Source: a virus. From it: a DNA stretch of 35,892 nucleotides. A program made the translations under genes and the position numbers. This document shows, piece after piece, positions 24,455 through 31,203 of the stretch. The notes below the pieces were generated by a model, which searched no databases, was not told the origin of the DNA, and was given only the letters and a program-made list of their open reading frames with translations. How positions within the stretch are numbered: the stretch's first letter is position 1; every line of letters starts with the position of its first letter. The stretch is from IMG/VR virus record IMGVR_UViG_3300041405_000195, positions 1-35,892 of that record, one strand, 5' to 3'.

Positions 24455-24813
24455 GGTGCCTCTCCTACAGATCTCTTTATCACGACGTAATTCGCCAGCG
24501 CATCGACCACGCGCTCGACCGAAGCCCGGCTCTCCGGTGACATCGTCCGGTACTGCTCGAGCACCTTGGCTTCCTCCTCCGTCAGGCCATCGGCATCCAT
24601 CGGCGACCGAATACCCGTCAGCACGTAATGCACGTCCACCCCCATGCCCTGCAGGGTGCTGAGGTAGCGGATATCGGGCGAGCTGCTTTCCAGCTCGTAG
24701 GCCTTTTGCGTGCCGCGGCTGACCCCCGCCGCGACGCCGAAATCGGTCTGATTCAGCCCCAGCCGATCCCGTTCTTCTCTCAGGCGTTCGCCTACTCCTG
24801 ATGCTATGAGCAT
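24451..24813 (-). CDS. CI/C-type immunity repressor (XRE HTH plus C-terminal extension)
   Basis: 120 aa from the ATG at 24813, divergent from the early operon. The HTH segment is GLNQTDFGVAAGVSRGTQKAYE. Confidence 0.8.
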   Translation of the reverse strand: MLIASGVGERLREERDRLGLNQTDFGVAAGVSRGTQKAYELESSSPDIRYLSTLQGMGVDVHYVLTGIRSPMDADGLTEEEAKVLEQYRTMSPESRASVERVVDALANYVVIKRSVGEAP

Positions 24814-24831
24814 TTTTTTGATCAATATCAG

Positions 24832-24860
24832 TTGACTTGAACAGAAATCTGCCCAAGAAT
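24832..24860 (+). promoter_or_regulatory. Candidate early promoter Pe (TTGACT-17 nt-AAGAAT)
   Basis: Hexamers are at 24832-24837 and 24855-24860, 38 nt before the Cro-like start. The palindrome TTGATCAA (24818-24825) lies just upstream. Confidence 0.4.
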
Positions 24861-24897
24861 CCCCTTCATCCAACACGATTAAACACGGACGAACACT

Positions 24898-25098
24898 ATG
24901 CATGCCCTTCTCACTCCCGAGCAAGCCCGCGCGGCTCTTGACCGCGAGGGGAAAAGCATCGCCGAGTTCTGCCGCGAGCATGACCTGAACAGAAATCTGG
25001 TCAGCGACCTATTGAACGGTCGCAAAAAGGGTAAGCGCGGCGAAGCACATCGCGCCGCTGTGCTGCTCGGCATCAAAGAAGGCGTGGTTAAAAAGTAA
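24898..25098 (+). CDS. Small Cro/Ner-like DNA-binding early regulator
   Basis: 66 aa, the first gene of the rightward operon. The segment SIAEFCREHDLNRNLVSDLLNGRKKGKRGEAHRAAVLLGIK is HTH-like. Confidence 0.6.
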   Translation: MHALLTPEQARAALDREGKSIAEFCREHDLNRNLVSDLLNGRKKGKRGEAHRAAVLLGIKEGVVKK

Positions 25099-25595
25099 TG
25101 CGCACAGGGTCAGGGGAAAACCAGAAGATGAAACGCCAGATTCTAGAAACCCGCCGCCAGGTCATGAGCGTGGTGGTAAGTGCCTACCCGGGCGGCCGTG
25201 AGTGCGCCGCCGCCCGCCTCGGGCTGGCCGTCAAGAAGCTCGACAACCACGTCTACGAGAACGCCGGCAGCCAGCCCCTGACCGACGCCCAACTGCACCA
25301 GCTCGAGCAAATGGCCGGTACCAACCACCTGCCGGACTACATCTGCGCCCTCTACGGCGGCGTGTTCGTCGCCATGCCGGAGGCCGAGACACTGGACAAC
25401 CTCGACCTCTATACCCGCTGCATGACCACCGCCGTCAAGCGCGGCGCGGTAGACACGCTGATCGCCGCAGCCCTGGCAGATGGCAGCATCGACGAAGCCG
25501 AACTGGCCGAGATCATCGTCGCCCACCGCCAGCACATCGCCGCCCGCCACGCCGAAGTCGGCGCCGTCATCACCTTGCACCGGAGGAAACCATGA
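25098..25595 (+). CDS. Phage regulatory CII (CP76/186 CII)-like protein
   Basis: 165 aa, with an alternative start at 25128. Position and pattern (..ADGSIDEAELAEII..) fit the family. Confidence 0.55.
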   Translation: MRTGSGENQKMKRQILETRRQVMSVVVSAYPGGRECAAARLGLAVKKLDNHVYENAGSQPLTDAQLHQLEQMAGTNHLPDYICALYGGVFVAMPEAETLDNLDLYTRCMTTAVKRGAVDTLIAAALADGSIDEAELAEIIVAHRQHIAARHAEVGAVITLHRRKP

Positions 25596-25879
25596 GCACC
25601 TACAAACTGGTGTGCCCGCACTGCCAAGGACGCATGCGCATCCGCACCAGCGAGGGCCAGCACATATTCCTGCGTATCGCCTACCTGCAATGTACCAACG
25701 AGGCCTGTAGCTGGAGCGTGCGCGCCGAGTTCCAGATGACCCACGAACTGGGCCCCAGCGGCATGGCGAACCCCACCGTGCAGTTGCCCCAGGCCAACAG
25801 CGCCCACCGCCGGGCCTGCATGCGCACCCAACACGACGCACAACTCGACCTGGTCGACCAACTGGAGATGCACTCATGA
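25592..25879 (+). CDS. ogr: Ogr/Delta-type zinc-finger late gene activator
   Basis: 95 aa from the internal ATG at 25592. CPHC-x22-CTNEAC matches the Ogr C-x2-C...C-x4-C pattern. YKLVCPHCQGRMRIRTS...YLQCTNEAC parallels P2 Ogr. Confidence 0.8.
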   Translation: MSTYKLVCPHCQGRMRIRTSEGQHIFLRIAYLQCTNEACSWSVRAEFQMTHELGPSGMANPTVQLPQANSAHRRACMRTQHDAQLDLVDQLEMHS

Positions 25880-26214
25880 GCGAAGCCATGGAATACCGCG
25901 ACAGCATGCAGCAGGCCGCCCGCACCTTCCTCGAGCGCCATCAGGCCGAGCACCTGGGCGACGACGCCCGCCTGTTCGAGCGCGCCGCCCGCTACCTGGT
26001 GCAAGCCATGGAGGTGCCGGTGTTCATGGCCCAGCGCTTGGTGCACCTGGCCATGAGTGACCTCGGCGAGCCGAAGCAACCCTGGATCGGCATCGACCTG
26101 GCCAGCGGCCCCGACTACTGCAGTGTGATGCTGATCGACCACCGTACCGGCGAGCGCGCCCTGTTGCCACGCCGCATCCTGCCCAGCCGCTTTATCGCCA
26201 GACACCCCCTCTAA
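25876..26214 (+). CDS. Hypothetical protein (112 aa)
   Basis: ATGA overlap with the ogr-like gene, and codon usage like its neighbours. Confidence 0.55.
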   Translation: MSEAMEYRDSMQQAARTFLERHQAEHLGDDARLFERAARYLVQAMEVPVFMAQRLVHLAMSDLGEPKQPWIGIDLASGPDYCSVMLIDHRTGERALLPRRILPSRFIARHPL

Positions 26215-26219
26215 ACCCT

Positions 26220-26258
26220 TTGCCCCTGCCTATGCCCGACCACCGTGGGCAGGGGCAA
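26220..26258. repeat. Perfect 11-bp inverted repeat TTGCCCCTGCC / GGCAGGGGCAA with a 17-nt loop
   Basis: Intergenic within the early operon, with no T-run after it. Confidence 0.6.
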
Positions 26259-26280
26259 GTTGCGCCCGATTGGTGACCTT

Positions 26281-26520
26281 ATGAGCGACATCACCGTGTC
26301 AATCCAGCTTTCCCCGACCCAAGGCCAGGCCTACCTGCGCTGGCTGGTCACCCAGTACGAACAAGCCATGGCCGAGCTCTGGTACTCCGATCGCTACCGC
26401 TACGTCGCCGTGGGCTTCCGCGCCCAGCGTGTGCTGGCCGACCACCCGCACATCGCTGGCATCAGCCGCAGCGCCCGCGAACTGCGCAAGCAACTCAGCC
26501 GGCAGGGAGCACCGGCATGA
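26281..26520 (+). CDS. Hypothetical protein (79 aa)
   Basis: The ATG at 26281 is preferred over the track GTG at 26245, which lies inside the hairpin. Confidence 0.5.
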   Translation: MSDITVSIQLSPTQGQAYLRWLVTQYEQAMAELWYSDRYRYVAVGFRAQRVLADHPHIAGISRSARELRKQLSRQGAPA

Positions 26521-26768
26521 ACCACGCCGTTAAAACCGCCCTCGAGGCCCGCCACATCGCCTGCATGCCCAAGGCCCTGGACTGGCTCAGCCAACTGGAG
26601 AAAGCCGCGCGCCCAGGCAGTTTTCTGGGCGCTGCCGAATACCAGGGCCGGCTGACCGGCTACCTCATGGCCATGGCCGACCACGACCTCATTCAATGGG
26701 CCGTCACCCAGCGGGCCCTGCGCGACCTACAAACCCTCGCCACCACCTGGGAGCAGTCAGGCCAATGA
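26517..26768 (+). CDS. Hypothetical protein (83 aa)
   Basis: ATGA overlaps at both ends. Confidence 0.5.
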   Translation: MNHAVKTALEARHIACMPKALDWLSQLEKAARPGSFLGAAEYQGRLTGYLMAMADHDLIQWAVTQRALRDLQTLATTWEQSGQ

Positions 26769-29491
26769 AGACGATGGAACGCGAGATCCGTAGCGAAGTA
26801 CTGCGCCGCCTGGAATCCGACTACGGCCTGCAGCACGCCAAGGGCACGCCCTGGATGCGCAAGGGAACCTGCCCGAGCTGCGGCAAAAAGGAGCTTTATT
26901 CCCGCCAGGACGAGCCCTGGTTCATCCGCTGTGGCCGCGAGAGCAAGTGCGGTGAGCAGTGGCACGTCAAAGAGCTGTTCGAGGATCTGTTCGACGACTG
27001 GAGCAAGCGCGCCCCGGCCAGCGAAGCGGCCCCCAACGCCTCGGTCGACAGCTACCTGCAGTTCGCCCGCGGCTTCGACCTGAGCCGGATCAAGGGCTGG
27101 TACAGCCAGGACAACTACTGGGATCGCGCCCAGGGCATCGGCAGCGCCACCGTGCGCTTCCCCCTGGACAAAGGCGGCTACTGGGAACGCCTCATCGACC
27201 GCCCGCACCGCTTCGGCAAGATGAAAGCCCGCTTCGCCCCCGGCCAGTCGCCTCGCGGCCACTGGTGGTGCCCGCCATGCATCGACCTGCTCGAGGCCAC
27301 GGAACTGTGGATAGTCGAGGGCATCTTCGACGCCATCGCTCTGCTGCACCATGGCATCGCCGCCGTGTCGGCCATGAGCAGCGCCTACTTCCCCGAGGAA
27401 TCGCTCAAGGAATTGTCCCGCCTGCGCGGCGGCAAACTGCCCAAGCTGGTCTGGGCGCTGGACAACGAGCCCGGCGCGCACCGCTACACCCGCAAGCACG
27501 TCAAGCTGGCCCGCGAGCTGGGCTACAGCTGCACGGCCGCGCAGATTCCCCAGCGCGATCGCAAGGCCGACTGGAACGACCTGCACCAGCGCTGGGCGTT
27601 TATCGACGACGCCGACAAGCGCGCCGACAAGGTCGAGCGCGACCTCAAGGAAGCCCGCTACCACGGCGCCCTGCTGCTGGCCGAAAGCGCCGCCGAGAAG
27701 GGCGTGTTGATGTACGAATGGCGCGAGCGCCACGAGTTCCACTTCGGCTTCGAGAGCCGCCTGTACTGGTTCAAGATGGATCTGGATAAGTTCAACAAGG
27801 CCATGCAGCACCTGGAGCAGTCCGAGCGCCAGGAAGATCAGTTGCTCAATGACAAGCAGGTCCGCGAGAAAGCCCTGCGCCAGTGCGGCGCCGTGGTCGA
27901 GATCGCCAACTGCTACCCCACCGCCCTGTACTTCCAGCGCAACGAGGTCACCGACGAGTCCTGGTACTACTTCCGCGTCGACTTCCCGCACGACGCCCCA
28001 GCGGTGCGCAACACCTTCACCGGTGGCCAGGTGGCCGCCGCCAGCGAGTTCAAGAAGCGCCTGCTCGGCATGGCCGCCGGCGCCGTATTCACCGGTACCG
28101 GTGGCCAGCTCGACAAGATCATGAAAGACCAGCTGTACGGCCTGAAAACCGTGCAGACCATCGACTACGTGGGCTACAGCAAAGAGCACGCCTGTTATGT
28201 GTTCGGCGACGTGGCGGTGCATGGCGGCCTGGTCGAGAAGGCCAACGCCGAGGACTACTTCGAGTTCAAGAAGCTGCGCCTCAAGACCCTGCAGAAGTCC
28301 ATCCGCCTGGAAATCGCCCGCGACAGCCACGGCTACCGGGAGGAGTGGCTCGACTGGCTGTGGACCTGTTTCGGCGCCCAGGGCGTGATCGCCCTGGGCT
28401 TCTGGTTTGGCTCGCTGTTCGCCGAGCAGATCCGCGCCGAGTTCCAGTCCTTCCCGTTTCTGGAGGTGACCGGCGAGGCCGGCGCCGGCAAATCGACCCT
28501 GCTGATGTTCCTCTGGAAGCTGCTCGGCCGCCCCGACGAAGAAGGCAAAGACCCCTCGAAGATGAGCCGCGCCGGCCTGCGCCGCTGGATGGGCCAGGTA
28601 TCGGGCATGCCCCTGGTGCTGCTCGAGGCCGACCGCAGCGACAACGACCGCGGCCCGGCCAAGGCCTACGACTGGGACGAGCTAAAGCCCCTGTTCAACG
28701 GCGGCACCCTGGGCGTCACCGGCGTCAAGACCGCCGGCAACGAAACCCACGAACCACCCTTTCGCGGCACCATCGCCATCAGCCAAAACGCCACTGTGGT
28801 GGCCTCTGAGGCCATCCTCACGCGCATCATCAAGCTGCACTTCGTCCGCCCGCAGGTCACCAGCGCCAGCCGCGCCGCCGCCGACAACCTCAACCACCTC
28901 TCGGCCATGGACGTCAGCCACTTTCTGCTGCTGGCAACCAAGGCCGAGCAGCCGGTGCTCGAGGTGTTCCGCCGCCAGGTCAAGGTGCATGAGCAAGCCC
29001 TGCGCGCCCTCAACCAGATCCGCGTCGAGCGAATCATCAAGAACCATGCCCAGCTGATGGCAGCGGTAGACGCCATGCGCCTGATGGTGGCCCTCACCGA
29101 CCAGCAGCACAGCGCCGCCATGACCGAGCTGACCCGCATGGCGGTCGAGCGCCAAGGCGCAATCAACGCCGACCCGCAAGAAGTGGCCGAGTTCTGGGAG
29201 GTGTTCGAGTACCTGGAGACGATCAGCGACGAAGCCGTGGTGGACCACAGCAAAAACCCCGAGCTGATCGCCATCAACCTCAACGAATTCTGCGAGCGCG
29301 CCGCCGAGCACCGCCAGAAGCTCGCCGATATCGCCACCCTGCGCAACCTGCTCAAGAGCAGCCGCAGCCGCACCTTCATCGAGAGCAACAAGAGCGTCGA
29401 CAGCGCCGTGCGCGCCGCCTTCAACGCCCGCAACGGCGGCATAGCCGCCCGCTGCACCACCGTCAAATGCTGGATTTTCAACAAACCGTAA
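26765..29491 (+). CDS. Replication protein: Zn-ribbon plus TOPRIM primase plus P-loop helicase (P4 alpha-like organisation)
   Basis: 908 aa from the ATG at 26765. It carries CPSCG...C..C, the TOPRIM motifs LWIVEGIFDAIAL and WALDNEPGA, Walker A GEAGAGKST (28472-28498) and Walker B-like LVLLEAD. Confidence 0.85.
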   Translation: MKTMEREIRSEVLRRLESDYGLQHAKGTPWMRKGTCPSCGKKELYSRQDEPWFIRCGRESKCGEQWHVKELFEDLFDDWSKRAPASEAAPNASVDSYLQFARGFDLSRIKGWYSQDNYWDRAQGIGSATVRFPLDKGGYWERLIDRPHRFGKMKARFAPGQSPRGHWWCPPCIDLLEATELWIVEGIFDAIALLHHGIAAVSAMSSAYFPEESLKELSRLRGGKLPKLVWALDNEPGAHRYTRKHVKLARELGYSCTAAQIPQRDRKADWNDLHQRWAFIDDADKRADKVERDLKEARYHGALLLAESAAEKGVLMYEWRERHEFHFGFESRLYWFKMDLDKFNKAMQHLEQSERQEDQLLNDKQVREKALRQCGAVVEIANCYPTALYFQRNEVTDESWYYFRVDFPHDAPAVRNTFTGGQVAAASEFKKRLLGMAAGAVFTGTGGQLDKIMKDQLYGLKTVQTIDYVGYSKEHACYVFGDVAVHGGLVEKANAEDYFEFKKLRLKTLQKSIRLEIARDSHGYREEWLDWLWTCFGAQGVIALGFWFGSLFAEQIRAEFQSFPFLEVTGEAGAGKSTLLMFLWKLLGRPDEEGKDPSKMSRAGLRRWMGQVSGMPLVLLEADRSDNDRGPAKAYDWDELKPLFNGGTLGVTGVKTAGNETHEPPFRGTIAISQNATVVASEAILTRIIKLHFVRPQVTSASRAAADNLNHLSAMDVSHFLLLATKAEQPVLEVFRRQVKVHEQALRALNQIRVERIIKNHAQLMAAVDAMRLMVALTDQQHSAAMTELTRMAVERQGAINADPQEVAEFWEVFEYLETISDEAVVDHSKNPELIAINLNEFCERAAEHRQKLADIATLRNLLKSSRSRTFIESNKSVDSAVRAAFNARNGGIAARCTTVKCWIFNKP

Positions 29492-29516
29492 GGGCTGCAA
29501 CCCGAACGCGATCACC

Positions 29517-29538
29517 CCAAAGGAGAAGCACCATGCAA
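29517..29538 (+). repeat. 22-nt RBS/start module CCAAAGGAGAAGCACCATGCAA, copy 1
   Basis: Exact copies occur at 29675-29696 and 30108-30129. Confidence 0.9.
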
Positions 29539-29667
29539 ACCCACGACAACGACCAAACCAGCGGCCTGGAACTCGCCCTCACCCTGATCGGCAGCGCCAT
29601 CGCCCTGGTAGCGCTGGTAGCCATCGCCAGCCAAGTGCCCGACCTGCTGCTGGCCCTCGCCCGCTAA
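29533..29667 (+). CDS. 44-aa small membrane protein
   Basis: Strong AAGGAGA RBS and one hydrophobic helix (LELALTLIGSAIALVALVAIA). Confidence 0.5.
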   Translation: MQTHDNDQTSGLELALTLIGSAIALVALVAIASQVPDLLLALAR

Positions 29668-29674
29668 CCCACCG

Positions 29675-29696
29675 CCAAAGGAGAAGCACCATGCAA
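29675..29696 (+). repeat. 22-nt RBS/start module, copy 2
   Basis: Exact repeat. Confidence 0.9.
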
Positions 29697-30047
29697 ACAG
29701 CACGTGACCGCATACAAGACGACCTCAACCGCCTGGCAGTGGAAGAAGCCGAGCGGCCCTACATCCGACAGGCCGGCATCGAGGCCCTGCACCGGCTGGT
29801 GCCGGTAGCGCAGCGCGACAGCGGACAGAGCCGCATCGTCGGTTGCTTCCTGCTCGGCCTCTATAACGGCAGCGCCTTCCCCTTCCCACTCACCGACCTG
29901 CGCGGGCTGGACACGGCACTGTGGAACGACTGCATGGCGCTGCTGCGCCTGGACCGGCGCCCCGAACAAGAGATGCATGAGTACATCGAGAACGGCGAGG
30001 CGATCTGGTCGCAACTGAAAAAAGACTGGGCGCCACGCGCCAACTGA
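29691..30047 (+). CDS. Hypothetical protein (118 aa)
   Basis: Preceded by the same 22-nt RBS/start module as its neighbours. Confidence 0.6.
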   Translation: MQTARDRIQDDLNRLAVEEAERPYIRQAGIEALHRLVPVAQRDSGQSRIVGCFLLGLYNGSAFPFPLTDLRGLDTALWNDCMALLRLDRRPEQEMHEYIENGEAIWSQLKKDWAPRAN

Positions 30048-30107
30048 CACCGGCCAAGCCGGAAAAAGACAGCGCCGAGGGGCTGCAACCCCTCGACGCC
30101 AACCACC

Positions 30108-30129
30108 CCAAAGGAGAAGCACCATGCAA
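30108..30129 (+). repeat. 22-nt RBS/start module, copy 3
   Basis: Exact repeat. Copies 1 and 3 also share GGGCTGCAACCC 13-16 nt upstream. Confidence 0.9.
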
Positions 30130-30387
30130 GTGAATCAACCCCAAGGCGGCAGCGCAGAGGCTAGCACGAACACCTTCGCCATCGGCGACAAGATCAGCTA
30201 TGTGAAGGTCACCAGCAGCGGCAACAGCTACCGCTTTAGCGCCCGTGAAGGCGTCATCACCGAAATCAACGGCCAGGTGGCCACCGTCAAGGCACGCAAT
30301 GGCCGCACCACTACCCAGCAGCTCAACAAGCTAACCCCGGAAGGCCAGCCCAATGCGCTGACCCGCGCGCTGATGGGGGGTAACTGA
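30124..30387 (+). CDS. Hypothetical protein (87 aa)
   Basis: Preceded by the same 22-nt RBS/start module. Confidence 0.6.
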   Translation: MQVNQPQGGSAEASTNTFAIGDKISYVKVTSSGNSYRFSAREGVITEINGQVATVKARNGRTTTQQLNKLTPEGQPNALTRALMGGN

Positions 30388-30389
30388 TC

Positions 30390-30995
30390 ATGACTCACTA
30401 CTTCTATAAGTCCGAAGCCCCCGCCGTTGTCGCCCTGGTCAGCGACTGGTTCAAACAAAGGGCCGCATTCGACGCTCAACGTAAACAGCTGGGTAAGGTT
30501 TTCGGCGCCGCAACCTCGCCGATGAGTTCAGGCGACAGCACCTACGTCGGCGGCGTGAAGCTCAGCGCCAGTTGTGAACTGGACGTGCACTGGCGTCGGC
30601 CCGATGACTACGGTTACCGCTGCCTGCGCCACAAGGCGATGCCACCCAAGGGCACCAGCAAGGAAGACCGTACCGCCATGCGCGCCGAGCATGAGCGCCT
30701 ACAAGCCCTTTGGGAGCAGCACTGCCCGAAGCGCATCAGCAGCGACGAAACGTGGCAGCAGCTCAACGTCAACACCGGCAACCTATGGATGTGCGGCGGC
30801 GTGATGTTCGAACTGAGCGGCACCACCTACTTTGCCCTCGGCTTCCAGATCAACAAGTCCGAGCACCACGACAACGTCGCGGCCGGCAAACCAACCGCCG
30901 GCTGGATCGAAGGCGCCATCGAGATCCTGCCCAGCGAATACGAAGCCGCCCGCACCAAGAAGCTCGAGCAGCAAAAGGAGGTGGCTAGTGCCTAA
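30390..30995 (+). CDS. Hypothetical protein (201 aa)
   Basis: Clean ORF starting 2 nt after the previous stop. No family was recognised. Confidence 0.6.
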   Translation: MTHYFYKSEAPAVVALVSDWFKQRAAFDAQRKQLGKVFGAATSPMSSGDSTYVGGVKLSASCELDVHWRRPDDYGYRCLRHKAMPPKGTSKEDRTAMRAEHERLQALWEQHCPKRISSDETWQQLNVNTGNLWMCGGVMFELSGTTYFALGFQINKSEHHDNVAAGKPTAGWIEGAIEILPSEYEAARTKKLEQQKEVASA

Positions 30996-31203
30996 CCCAA
31001 CCACCACCGACCGCACCCGCCCACCGTTGGCCAGCCACCGCCTGAGCCTGCCCAGCATCTGCGACATCTGCGGCAAAGCCCGCTCCACCCGCAAGCACCA
31101 GGCCTGCAGCCGCCTGCGCCAACAACTCAAAGCCGCCGAGTGGGAAACCACCCTGGCCGAGAAGACTGCGAAAGCAGCCAGGGGGCGACGTTATGCTCGC
31201 TAA
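30988..31203 (+). CDS. 71-aa basic Cys/His-containing protein (C-x2-C-x9-H-x2-C)
   Basis: GTG start at 30988 with AAGGAGG 6 nt upstream. It overlaps both neighbouring genes. Confidence 0.5.
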   Translation: MPNPTTTDRTRPPLASHRLSLPSICDICGKARSTRKHQACSRLRQQLKAAEWETTLAEKTAKAARGRRYAR

